DNA of 64,000 bases from Chlorokybus atmophyticus (Eukaryota > Plantae > Mesostigma and Chlorokybus algae), in the NCBI GenBank assembly GCA_009103225.1, contig RHPI01003156.1, positions 678,159-742,158 of the forward strand, written 5' to 3'. The notes beneath the pieces are model-generated. The model was not told the origin of the DNA. It saw only the letters and a list, made by a program, of their open reading frames with translations, and ran no database searches. The position numbers and the translations under genes were made by a program. Below, one piece after another: positions 1 to 11,307 of this stretch. The first letter of the stretch is position 1. Every line of letters starts with the position of its first letter.

Positions 1-478
1 CTCGCGCGAACCAACATGGTCGCCCATCAGCCGTCCGTTTATGACCACAAATGGACGGCTGTGCGCGCGCGACACTTGTCTGGGTGCAACCGTTCAATCA
101 GTCATGTTGAACTAGTGACAGGGCTGACGTGCTGTGTTATCCCTCTGAGGATGAGCAGCAGCGGCTGCTCTCTACTGCCAAATTTGTATGAGCTGAGCAA
201 CGTTGATACACCCAATGCAAAGCATGCAACAACAATGTTGTTAACGTCTATTGCCAGATGGCTACATCAAGCAACGACTCTGCATGTCAGGTGGACTCTG
301 CCCCTGTCCCATCACGAGTCATCCACGAAGGGCGGCCAAGCATGTGGTACAAGCGAAGATTCTACCGTGTACTATGTTGTCCTTATCGACAACATTACCC
401 AGCAAGAAACAGGGTACGTGCAAAAAGTATCCTGTCAGCAAAACTAAGGACACTGAATATGTGGCAGGTTTGCACTAT

Positions 479-479
479 G

Positions 480-511
<32 letters not shown>

Positions 512-560
512 CTCACTCGCGCGCTCGCGCGCTCGCTCGCTCGCTCGCTCTCGCTCTCTC
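479..560. repeat. (CT)n / (CGCT)n microsatellite
   Basis: Directly visible dinucleotide and tetranucleotide runs. Confidence 0.95.
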
Positions 561-628
561 TAATGCATGTGCTGATGGTATGCGCGCAGCGCACGCATGC
601 TACCATCAGCACAAGCACCATTAAATGT

Positions 629-1143
629 CCTCAAAGATGTTGCGGCCGGCACCGATCCACACCACCAAGTATTGACCCATTACCTTGCGGATGCCCGCGT
701 TGTCGGCCGCACTGTAGATCTGAAACAAGAGGGTTGAGAGTGTGAATTGGCATCACAGACACGTACATGCACGCATGCACACGTGCGCATAGATACAACG
801 TGCTTGCATCATTCACCTGTGCAAGGGTGCCGCCGCCGGCCCTGCAGCGCCTCATGGCTCCGAACCAGGTGAACTGCTGGGCGGGGTCGTTGTAGGGGCT
901 GTTGCCACTGCAGCATGTGACAAGGCAGGTGAGTGGGTTGGTCTGAGAACTATGTGCGATGCAACAGGTTGCTGGGGGTATTGCGATACACGTTGCTGCT
1001 TCGATCCACGCGTAGCAGTAGCATCGCGTGTTTGGGTCCTTGGCATCTGTTGGGACGCACTTGGCCCCTAGAGCGTCCTTGGTGGGGCAGCTGCCTGCAT
1101 GTGAGACAGTGTGTGTGTGTGCGCGTGTGCGCGTCAGTTGAGG
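629..1143 (-). pseudogene. Inverted segment carrying the N-terminal exons of a C-type lectin domain
   Basis: Minus-strand spliced reading GSCPTKDALGAKC...RCYCYAWIEAAT|GNSPYNDPAQQFTWFGAMRRCRAGGGTLAQ|IYSAADNAGIRKVMGQYLVVWIGAGRNIFE has the CTL motifs W..A...C...GG.LA.I.S and WIG, with C-rich third codon positions. The segment is bounded by CCTCAA (629-634) and TTGAGG (1138-1143). Confidence 0.75.
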
Positions 1144-2986
1144 TGGCGGGATGCCAACCAGAAGTCGTGCAGGCGCGATCAGACCAGTTCTTCTGGACAT
1201 ATGGGGACACGCCGGACTCAGGTCACATCATCATGTTGTTGTCGTTGTTGCAACCGCTGGTAGCGTTGTTGCTGCTGTGGTTGTTGCGCTGCTTCTTCAT
1301 GTTGCTGTTGACGCTGGTATTGTCGTTGATGTGCGTGTTGAGTGCGACATTTTATCAATGTGTCCATGCGTGTGTAATGATGCGCAGGCACCATCCCCAT
1401 ATAGCCGTACACTGAGTGGTGGTATGACCACATCAACCTGTACGACTCAGACGATACAAGCAGGAGTACTGCCTTGGCATGGTGAGTCACAGAACAAGTG
1501 ACACCCACACAACTCTCTTCCCTTGTTCTCATGCAGTACAACTCACGTCCGCATGTATCGATAGCATATGTGGCAGAGCCCCACGACTATTTGCCAGCAA
1601 CACAGTCACTCTCCTTTGCTTGCGGCAGGTTGGCTGGCTTCAACATCACCGGCCACCCGGGCTCCTGGGACGACAAACTCTTCGACGAACAAAATCTTGC
1701 CGTCTGCTCAGTTACAGATTGACATGCAACGAAACCTTCACCACCACACCCAACAACAACAACAACAACATCAACACCAACTCCTCCCCTTGCATGCAGT
1801 CCCCCAAGTCGGCTCCACCTTCCCCCCCGCCCCTCCCGCCCCAAGCGACCCCCCCTCCTCCTCGTCCCCCTCCTTCTCTACCTCAGCTCTTCCTCCTCCT
1901 CCTCCTCCTCCTTCTCCCCGTCCCCGCCCCCGACGGTGCCGACGGGGTGGGCCAGCGCAGACATCGCCACGGATGCCGCCGGAACCACCGCGTATGGGGC
2001 GGGGACGTGGACCGCAGTATGAGTGAGTGGTGTGTGCGTGTGTGTGCGCGTGGATCTCTGTGCCCGCAAATGTGTGCATGAGTGAACATGTGGCCTGATT
2101 GTGTGTGCATGCAGGTGATATCTGGGGTACAGCCGATTCGCTCCGTTATGTGTATTCTGGTCCCTACACCGGCAATGTTAGGATTGTGGCGAAGCTGACA
2201 GGCCAGGACGATACCACGACACCCAACACAAAAGCGGGCGTCATGCTGAGGACCAACTTGATTCCCGGTTAGCAAGACACCATTCCTGATGCACATAATC
2301 TGGGCTGCGTAAAGGAAGTGTCGGTTGGCTTTGTTTCTTTCTGTGTTGGTTTTGTTGTGGATATGCTGATGGGTTTGCAGGGTCGCCTTATGCGGCGCTC
2401 TTTGGTGCTACGATATGGCGTGGCAAGTCTTTGTTCACACAGGCAAGCAAGACTTCTTGCGCGCGTGCGTGCGTGCGTGCTCATGTCTGCACGTGTGATT
2501 TGCTGCGGTACTCGTCTGGCGTGCGTGCGTGCGTGTATGCACACAGGATTGAGTTTGTCTATGCGTGTTCTTGCACAAGATTGACTCAGCATCGCTTCTG
2601 TTGCAGTACCGCACCGTCGCCGACACGGCCACCACTGCAGGTCCGAGCGCCACCTCAGCCCCGTTCGCCCCTTACGTCCTCCCCGTGTGGTACCGCCTCA
2701 CGCGCCTGGCCAGCACCATCACCTTCAAAGGTAAGAGAAACACACACTCGCACCCACACAACATATACACCTCTCGTCATACACAGCTTCCACCGACGGG
2801 GCTGCCTGGACCGTCATTGCCACCTACGTTGCGCTAGCAGGGAGTGCACTCGCGGCGGGCGGGCCACTGTATGTGGGTTTGCCGTCCAACTCCGTCACGC
2901 ATGGGACGGCGGGGCCGCTGGCCAGCGTGGACGTACAGCGTGGACGTCACGACGGCGTTCTGAGGGGAGAGCCTTCTTTGGTGTAA
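1138..2986 (+). pseudogene. C-terminal half of C-type lectin domain, Pro/Ser linker and bacterial-type concanavalin-A-like (DUF1349-like) beta-sandwich; disabled
   Basis: Exons read EVAGCQPEVVQARSDQFFWTYGDTPDS|GTIPI*PYTEWWYDHINLY...ALAW|LAGFNITGHPGSWDDKLFDEQNLAVCS|Pro-rich linker, PTVPTGWASADIA...|GDIWGTADSLRYVY...KAGVMLRTNL...WYRLTR...STDGAAWTVI...LYVGL, ending at TAA 2984-2986. Lesions: in-frame TAG 1402-1404, TGA 2020-2022 and an apparent frameshift in the linker. Confidence 0.7.
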
Positions 2987-3329
2987 CGTTGTTGTTGTGT
3001 CTCGTGAGGGTAACAGTAGTTTATGAGTGAGACACAGGTTGTGGCTGACAGTAGACTGAAGATTATGAGGCTTTGACTTATATAAAGTGGTGGTGTGAAT
3101 GTGATGAAGGGGAATGAATGTAACAAGTTTTTAACTGATGCAGGGGTGCAATGGTGGTAGTCTCAATGCTGTCGATATACTTGATTGCGTGCACAGTTCT
3201 GTGCATTACTCCGTATGTGATGGTCCTATGCAAATGAACTGTTTACTCGGCATCACATACTTCATAACAACAGCAATAGCATTGATGTCGACGATTGAGT
3301 GCATGCGCTCAGGGACACAAGCAGAATAC

Positions 3330-5535
3330 TTATACCTGCACGTCAAGTGTGGACAAAGCCGTATCACACGCTATGTTGCATTCCAGATTCTCACTATCAC
3401 TAAGCCCTAGTTCCCACACTTCAAGGTATCCGCTCCGTTGATAATCAAAGCGCTGGGGGATAGTGTCCATACCAATCCTACGCCCGACAAATAGCTTGGA
3501 AATGTCATGTGTGTTGTTGCTGTCGTCGCAAGTGCCCATATCGAGGAAATGGCTCCTGAAGTGGTTGTATGCGGGAGCTTTGATATCCAAGTCGTCGGCG
3601 GAGAAATTGACTCGCTTTTCGAGTGCGATGATAAGAACCTGATGGTGGGCAAGTGCCTGTGAGCGCACACATACACGCGCACAATGGTACAAGAGTATGC
3701 GCATGCACACGCACACACGTGTGCAGGCACGCACGCGTGCATCTCCCACGGATGTACCCACACGAACACATGCGTGAGCGCACATCAGCACGCATACCAG
3801 CACAAGTGCGCGCACACTCACACGCACACATTATTCGTTGCTGCTGCTTGCTTGCTTCTGTTGCTGAAATCTGCTCACACACGCAACCCTTACTCACCTT
3901 CTGTTTGCCAAAGCCCAGCAGCCACTTCAAAGTCCCGAAGAACGCATCCGTAGCGTTGTCATCATAAATCGTATCAGCCGCAAGCACTAACGTTGCATCT
4001 CTCAGCTCGGCGATATCGCCTTCACTCCAGGCATAGTCATCCCCTTTGTCACCTGCTCGCAGGAGATGTCAGTCTGTGGTTCGTATCGAGAGGGGATATC
4101 GCCCCAACGTGCCTGATGTGGGGAGAGGCTTTGTCCAGTCCAGTCTGCGCACACGGGCGATATCGGTCTCAAGCGTGTTCGCGTGCACGTTGGCGAGGCA
4201 GTTTGTTAGCACGTCATCGTACGCATCTGAGGCAGATTGTGTGTGTGAGTGTGTGTGACTTCTCTTGCGTGTGCGTATGTACTTGTATGTGTGCATGCGC
4301 TCGGTCTCTCCAACTGCAACATGTGTGATCGCCCATAGCGTGCACTCGTCATGTATGTGAAGCCCCGTGTGGCATATGCAGCTTTTTACCTGTGAGGCAA
4401 ACCCGGGACGCCACTTGCGCAAGAACAATCCCAACCAACCCTGCCGCACAGCTTCATATGCAAGGGCACGCGTGCGTGCGTGCATGCCTGTGCGTGAGCG
4501 TGTGCGTGTGTGTGTGCGCGTTGCCATGCGTGTCTGCTGAGATGCCAATCACATAACATGACAATGCTAGCATACACACCACAAGGACAATAACAACAAC
4601 AATAACAGTAACCGTCTCACCTGGTCCCGCCCCAAGTTCAACCGCCCTGACACCGCAGCACACGAGCTCGTTGCTCAACACCCACTCCGCCAACAGCAGC
4701 GCCCCGGTCCACACCTTGTTGTTGTTGTTATGTTGTGTTAAACCACATCATCACACACACACACACACACACACACTTCTCCCTTACTTGCAGCCCGACA
4801 GCGCGCAGCCGCGTCGCCATGGAGTGCCTGATGACCACATTAGTCGCGCGTGCCTCACCACCATTGTTGTCTTGCTGTGTTATCTTGTTGTGTCCTTTGC
4901 GCGGGAGGACCAGGTCGCCATCGGAGTCGAGGGCGGAGGCGACAAAGACTGTGGTTGTGTGCGAGTTTGTTGTTGTGGGTGTGGGTGTGGGTGTGGGTGT
5001 GGGGCGGGTGTTGGCGTGGACCTGGAGCGAGGGTGTGTATGGTCAGATAGGACAGTGATGCGCATGTTGGTGTGTAAGAGTGGAATTTGCATCAGAACAA
5101 AAGGAATAGACACAGGTGTGTACGTGCAGCCAACAGTAGCTGTCACTGCAAGCACATCTACATATGCATGCATGCATGAACGTAAGTGTGCAACTGCTCG
5201 TGTGCTCGTACACGCGCGCACGCACGCACTCACTCACTTGCACGTTCCTGCCCTTGCATGTGTCGCTCTGATTTGGCATGTGGTTACTTTTGTTTCAACT
5301 TGAGTGTATACCGCGTGCGAATAATACAGAGAGAGCGCACTGGGTGCACACTGTACACATACATTTGCGTTGCTACATTGGGAAGCAATGCTCGTTGGGT
5401 CGCTACAAGTGTTAGTGGATTGTGCGCATGTGTCCGTTCGGTATGCATGCATGCAGTGCGTGTCGCTAAGCAGGCATGCTCTTACTGATTGTACGTATCA
5501 CTCACCTCAGACAGCAGCAAGTCCTCATCTTCCAT
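3330..5535 (-). CDS. METTL22: METTL22-like class I SAM-dependent protein lysine methyltransferase, multi-exon, apparently intact
   Basis: Spliced reading MEDEDLLLSE|VH...DSDGDLVLPR...IRHSMATRLRAVGLQ|VWTGALLLAEW...VELGAGPG|LVGIVLAQ...LDW...VLAADTIYDD...LEKRVNFS...AYNHFRS...IPQRFDYQRSGYLEVWEL. These motifs match the METTL22 family as recalled. No internal stop was found. Confidence 0.85.
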
Positions 5536-5847
5536 CTCCAGCGCCTTCCCCTCGCATCATGACCGACAAACAAACAAACGAAAAGAGTACACGCGCACAC
5601 TGCTGCAACAATCAGTCCCAATTTTGCCTGCATGTGCCGCAACCCTAACCCTCACCTTGATCCTGGATCACTGAACCTTCAAGCTTTCATCCATTGCTTC
5701 ACTGACCCTGATGATCCCGCTGACTCCGTTCGACCATGCAGAAAGACAGGTCCTACTACAGTAAGACCTCGGTCTAGGAGACACGTTTATTCGCACTTTG
5801 TCTCTTAACACAAGGGTCTCTTTCCTTCATGTAAGAGACTGTGCTCT

Positions 5848-5999
5848 GATATCGAGGTTACGTCACAAACATCACGCTAAGTACAACGTGTGATGCTATG
5901 TCATGCTTTGACACGTAATATGTATATCGAGGTTACGTCACAAACATCACGCTAAGTATAAGGTGTGCTATGTCATGCTGTGACACGTAATATGTATAT
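5848..5999. repeat. Tandem repeat, 2 copies of ~75 bp
   Basis: atcgaggttacgtcacaaacatcacgctaagta... starts at 5851 and again at 5926. Confidence 0.9.
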
Positions 6000-6451
6000 A
6001 TATAGCACTTGCTTATATATGGTAATGCACAATTCTTATAAAGCATACTTATTAATGCAGTTCATCAAGCACCACCCTTCGTGTAAGAGAAAATCGATCA
6101 TGTTGAGGTCTCCTACGGCGGGGTCTCTTGCTCCTATAATGGAGAGATTTGAGTGGTAAAGATATGTTCCCCCACAATTGTCTCGTACAAGGCGAGATCT
6201 CTTAGTCGGAGATATCTATCAGAGAGGTTATACTGTACCGCTCCGCTATGGGGCGCAAACACTATTAATACTAACTTGACAAGGCTAATTTGCACTTGTA
6301 AATAAATAAATTGCATCCCTGAGGGCAAACAACTCTTCCTTTGCTTAAAGGTGGGCTACTATTATTGACACACATGGTCATGAATACACATACCGTTCTG
6401 GTGAGACACAGTTGTGTTCAAAGTGACATGTGCAAAATCGGATCTACTTTA

Positions 6452-6475
6452 GGGCGGCATGAATTCATGCCGCCC
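6452..6475. other. 24-bp perfect palindrome
   Basis: gggcggcatgaattcatgccgccc equals its own reverse complement. Confidence 0.95.
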
Positions 6476-7431
6476 CATTAGTTAGCATGTGACCTAATAA
6501 CCCGGTAATGTATCACAAGCCTGACTATTATGCTATGTGGCAAAACTCGATACCATAATAAGAATGATTCGCGTGAGGATGTGTCTTGATTGTGTGCTAT
6601 GTTAAATTTTGCATTTACGAAATCGAGTTTTTGATGACCGAACGCACGTATTATATTATATCAACCGTAATTTTGCACCTTATTGCCTCTTCTTCGCTTT
6701 CATGATCAACTGGCTGCAATTGGCAAGTGAAAACATGGGCTGCCATCGTTATGCGTTTTTCCTATGCTTGCATGCATGTTGTTAACAATTGTTACTAAAT
6801 CAACGTTGCACAATGTTGATGCTTGCATTTGCAAATGGTTAGCCCCTACTGATTTAGCTTTGCGTTTACGAATTCTCATGCTTCCATAACATGTATGTGG
6901 TTAAGTCGAAGTTTCGTGTGCGTTGGGGTATACATTTGTGCTCGATGTGTATAAGCAGAATAGTGGGGAGGAAGGGGGCCAACAAAGTAAGGATTGCGTT
7001 AGCATGGCACATGTGTATGCGAGCGCTCGTGTACACATGTGCGCACACATTTACTCCCGCATGCAATTATTAACATTAAATATACGTATACTCAGTCAAC
7101 GCAATAGTCAAACCACCAACCATCCCGCGGTAAATAATTCATTGATGTGCACAATGCTAGAATCAATAATCAATCTTCTAGCATTGTGCACGTTATTCAG
7201 CCCAAGAAAGCAACTGCTTTATTAGGTTGACTGATGCACGTGCATCAGTCAACCCAATGATGTGCACATGCGGTTTGGCAACCCTCATGTGCAAGCAAGA
7301 TGATGTGAGCAACAGTAACCCGCTCAGCAAGCATATTGCAATGTATGCTTCTACACGTACATGTCTCCATCTTACCCCACTCCTACCATACCACACATTG
7401 TATTGATGGCATTCATGTCGCATGTGCATAT

Positions 7432-7640
7432 AGGGTAGGACAAAGTGGCAAAACGCAGTACATGTTAAAAGTCACCGTGCTTGGGAGGTGCTGGCAATCA
7501 TGTGTGCTCTATCTCCCTGTAATCCATTAACGTGCAGGGTAGGACAAAGCGGCAAAACGCAGTACAGGTTCAAAGTCAGCGTGCGTGGCAGGTGCTGGCA
7601 ATCATGTGTGCTCTATTTCTCCATAATATTAGCATGCAAG
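7432..7640 (+). repeat. Tandem repeat, 2 diverged copies of 104 bp
   Basis: agggtaggacaaag(t/c)ggcaaaacgcagtac... begins at 7432 and 7536. Confidence 0.9.
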
Positions 7641-7992
7641 GGTTTATTTGTCAGCGCTGCCAGCATGCCTAACGCACATGCCGTGTGACACACCCGCTGT
7701 ATTGTCGGTGGCATGGTGGCAGGGGGGCAGCTGGTAGATTAGTCACACTGGCGGTGTGCTTGTAGTGTAGCGCAGCTGTGGTAGAGTTGCTGCACCACAG
7801 TGTGTGGCAGAACAGCAATGGGTGGGTGGGTATGCTGCTTACTATTGTTCTTGCTATTGCTTGGTGTGTACGGGTGCTCAGACATCCATGATCAGAATGG
7901 ATATGCGTATACGAAACATAGTATGCGACGTTTGTGTGTGTGAGTTGCTTGCAACCATGTGTGCAATAACCAATCGGTGCAGAAGTCCATGT

Positions 7993-9963
7993 TCAGCGTG
8001 ATCTGCACATGGCGTTCTGCACTCGAGCTGCACGTGCTGCGGGGGCGGCGAGTGTGACGGCAGCATTGACCTTGTGGTTGTACGGCGTGACGTTGGTCCC
8101 GGCCCCCGAGGAGAGAGTCATCCCTGGTGGGGAGGAGAGTATGCTCATGTCGGACAGGTTGGGGAACAAGTTGAGCGTGGCGGAGGCGGTGAGGCCGTTG
8201 GACGGGTTGGTCGCGGTGAGGGTGAAGGCGAGGTAGGCGTAGTACTCGTGGTCCGGGGCATTGAGGGTGAAAGAGAGGGTCGCCTGCGGGTTGAGGATGT
8301 GGTCGTGGCACGCCGAGTTGATGTCCTTGCTCACGCAGTGGTGAAGACGCATCATCCATGAAGGCAACGCCCCCGCCGACACGCTCCCCAACACGCAGAG
8401 GGTGTCACCCACAGTCCACTTCACGCCCTCCGGCGAGCCCGTGATGGTTGCGGTGGGGGCCGGAGACGCATCCGATATCACCGTGATTGTCTGCGGCCAC
8501 GCTGGTGGCCGCATTCCCACTTGTCCCCGTGAGCTTCACGACATACGATCGCGCGGTGGTATATGTATATGTGGGTGTACTCGCCGCTGAGCCCGTCTGC
8601 CCATCCTCGTCGAGGTCCCATAAATAGGTTAAAGGCGCAGGTCCCACCAAGCCCGTGGCGTCAAGCTGGACCTGCAGCGGGACCACACCCTGATGATGAA
8701 CTCGCCATGATCACGCTAGCACCACTAAGGCGCCAGAGCTTCCCATTGGCAATGTCCGCCAGGAGGAAAGTCTCGTCAGGCATCTGCGGCATGTCCACCA
8801 CGCCCACGCCGTCCAAAAGCACCTCCAGCTGTCAGGGTCGCCGTTGGACCCCAGCGGCATTGCCCATGCGCATCGCACGGCGTAGTCGCCGTGGAAGAAG
8901 GCTCCCTTGTACTTGGCCAGCAGCGCATTGCCCGAGTTGGATGCGAGGGCCGTCACCTTGAACAGACACGGGAGGTGGCATTAGTACCGTCACTTACAGA
9001 ATAGAGCTTCACTTAGTGAACGTTGGTGTCCAGAGCAGCAGTAGCAAATTCAACCCAACACAATGTGTTGATTCTTATTGCACTGCCGCTCTGGCCCGTG
9101 GCGCGGGTGCACAGCCCGCCAGGGCTGAGCGGGGCGGATAGTTGCCATGTGAAGAACGCATGAACACGTGGTCGGTTGGCATTGTTGTTGGCATTGACCT
9201 GGGCGCACATGTTAAGCCCGAGGTTCTGGTAATCCCGCAGGCTGTTGACGCCCTCGTAGCATGGCCACCCCGCGTTCGGGACCAGCCCCGAGGCGGCGCC
9301 TGAGGGTCCACACGGTATATCGACTCCCACGTGTACCAACCAACGTTGCCGATCCATATCTCGGTCGTGCCTGGCCTCTGCGCACCTGCCTTGGAAAAAT
9401 TAAACACACACGAGCACAGACAATTAGTCTTTGTGCACAACGGTCACATGAGACACCCCTGTACGACACATACCTCTGAAGGGGTTGCGTAGGCCGAACA
9501 TGCACACGCGGGCTTTGTCGGGGTCGCCGGTATTGCTAAGTGGGTCGCCGGGAGCAGCTGCGCCGGTGATCGCGTCGATGCGGATGAGGTTGCCGCCGTG
9601 GTCCGGCTTCCTGGGGCTCTGCACGGACAGCAGATGCTGCGAACGCACCGCACCACCCTCCGCCATTGGCACCGTTAGTGTCTGCCTTGCAGACATGTGT
9701 CCACACTCAAGACACATGTGTACGCGCACCCACGCACAAGAGTGCTATTTGAAAAGTTTGTTGCAAGTTGGCGTGAATGCATACCCGGGGTTGTGCTGGG
9801 GTAGTCCCTGTGGAGGTTTCTGTTGGCTTAACCGTAGTCAGTGGAGGTGGAGCTCGCACCCTCGCCATAAAGCTGGAGAATATTTTCAAACTGATCGAAG
9901 AAGATGTCTGTATCCAGGTGGTGTTTCCAGATCAGCATTGTTTGGTAGTCTTGCACACACGCG

Positions 9964-10033
<70 letters not shown>

Positions 10034-10376
10034 NNNNNNNNNNNNNNNNNNNNNNNNNNNNNNNNNNNNNNNNNNNNNNNNNNNNNNNNNNNNNNNNNNN
10101 NNNNNNNNNNNNNNNNNNNNNNNNNNNNNNNNNNNNNNNNNNNNNNNNNNNNNNNNNNNNNNNNNNNNNNNNNNNNNNNNNNNNNNNNNNNNNNNNNNNN
10201 NNNNNNNNNNNNNNNNNNNNNNNNNNNNNNNNNNNNNNNNNNNNNNNNNNNNNNNNNNNNNNNNNNNNNNNNNNNNNNNNNNNNNNNNNNNNNNNNNNNN
10301 NNNNNNNNNNNNNNNNNNNNNNNNNNNNNNNNNNNNNNNNNNNNNNNNNNNNNNNNNNNNNNNNNNNNNNNNNNNN

Positions 10377-10432
<56 letters not shown>

Positions 10433-11307
10433 TGTTTCAGTCAACACCCTCACCTCTCCCGCCAGGAGACAGGTTTTCCTGGCAATGCTTGCCCCACAAC
10501 ACCTGTCTCTCCGCACCAACAACACGATTATCGGGTGACCTCAAAGGCGCTGAGGTGACTGGTGGCGAGGCGGGGGTTGGCCCTGCCGCAGGGCGTCCCC
10601 GCAGTGTACACGATGTAGAGGAGAAGATTGCCATTCTGCAACGGACTTGGCTTAAAGCGCATCGCGAGCACACCGCGATCACCCTCCGACGTCAACGGGC
10701 TACCCGCAGCCACCAGGTCGATGAGTAGAGCGCCCTGAGTCGTGTCAGCCAGACCCGACCACACGTAGATCTTGCCCTGCGGAGGGTTCGTTGGGGGTCA
10801 GTTTGATCAGTAGTCACAGATGGTCAGATGGTCAATAGGACCTTGCATAGCAGTTGATGGAACAGAAGAATTGCAGCTCTTGTGGATGGGCAGCACTGTC
10901 ACTGGTGCAGACACGGAAGATGCACACGTGCATGCGCAGGCAGAGACAGGCAGGTCCATGTGCACACGCCCACACATGGGCATAGATGTACACTCGCAAG
11001 TACACATACGCGCTCACACACACGCGTGCACACAGACACAAACACAGAAACACACACACACACGCACACGCACACAAAGTGCCAGACTCACTTTAATGCC
11101 AGCAAAGATGCGCCCATCGGGTGCGAGGCGCACACAGGTGATGTCCCACACGTACTGCATCCACAGCACCAGGTTCAGCCCCGGCTGCACAGCCATTAGG
11201 GCGCCCACGCCACGGAGGAGGGGGAGGAGGAGACCGACCAGAAGGACAAGGAGTGGAGGGCTTCTGGACTTGGCCACAGCCATGAGTACAGTCTTGACCA
11301 TGGACAT
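7993..11307 (-). pseudogene. Bacterial-type secreted PQQ-dependent sugar (glucose/sorbosone) dehydrogenase beta-propeller plus PKD/Ig-like domains; intron-containing and frameshifted
   Basis: Hydrophobic signal region (LLVLLVGLLLPLL), then APDGRIFAG, GDRGVLAMRF, AEGGAVRSQ, GNLIRIDAITG...FGLRNPFR, IWIGNVGWYTWE, PNAGWPCYEG, YKGAFFHGDY, PKD (VPLQVQLDATG...YLWDLDEDG), WTVGD...LHHC...APDHEYYAYLAFTLTAT. At least four frame changes occur inside apparent exons (near ~9300, ~8830, ~8690, ~8490). One exon region is interrupted by the gap 10034-10377. Confidence 0.8.
9970..10430. repeat. (CA)n and (GA)n microsatellites flanking an assembly gap (N 10034-10377)
   Basis: Directly visible. Confidence 0.95.

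Noticed and set aside
16-447. ORF 16-447 and the cagccgtcc...ggacggctg hairpin near 33-58 as a transposon end
   Set aside because: No recognisable protein family or terminal motif, and it lies at the window edge so cannot be evaluated. Part of it may be 5' exons of the lectin gene.
1402-1404. In-frame TAG suggesting TAG-to-Gln reassignment or readthrough
   Set aside because: The same gene has other lesions (inversion, TGA, frameshift), the intact genes show no internal TAG/TAA, and TAA serves as a normal stop in METTL22 and METTL13.
1153-1480. Minus-strand reading SGVSPYVQKNWSD / RLMWSYHHSVYGYMGM as upstream exons of the minus-strand lectin
   Set aside because: These are the antisense frames sharing third codon positions with the plus-strand exons, which supply the missing lectin C-terminal motifs and splice consistently.
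6134-6328. Short AT-richer ORF as a transposase or viral gene fragment
   Set aside because: No motif recognised and stops flank it in all frames.
7433-7560. GQSGKT as a Walker A P-loop
   Set aside because: It lacks the GxxxxGKT spacing with a preceding hydrophobic strand, and no NTPase context was found.
5848-7640. Tandem repeats as CRISPR-like arrays
   Set aside because: Only two units each, with no unique spacers, no cas genes and a eukaryotic context.
9485-10558. Long ORFs through (CA)n, N-gap and (GA)n, and the many HTHT/VCVC/RERE ORFs elsewhere
   Set aside because: They are artefacts of stop-free microsatellites and Ns.
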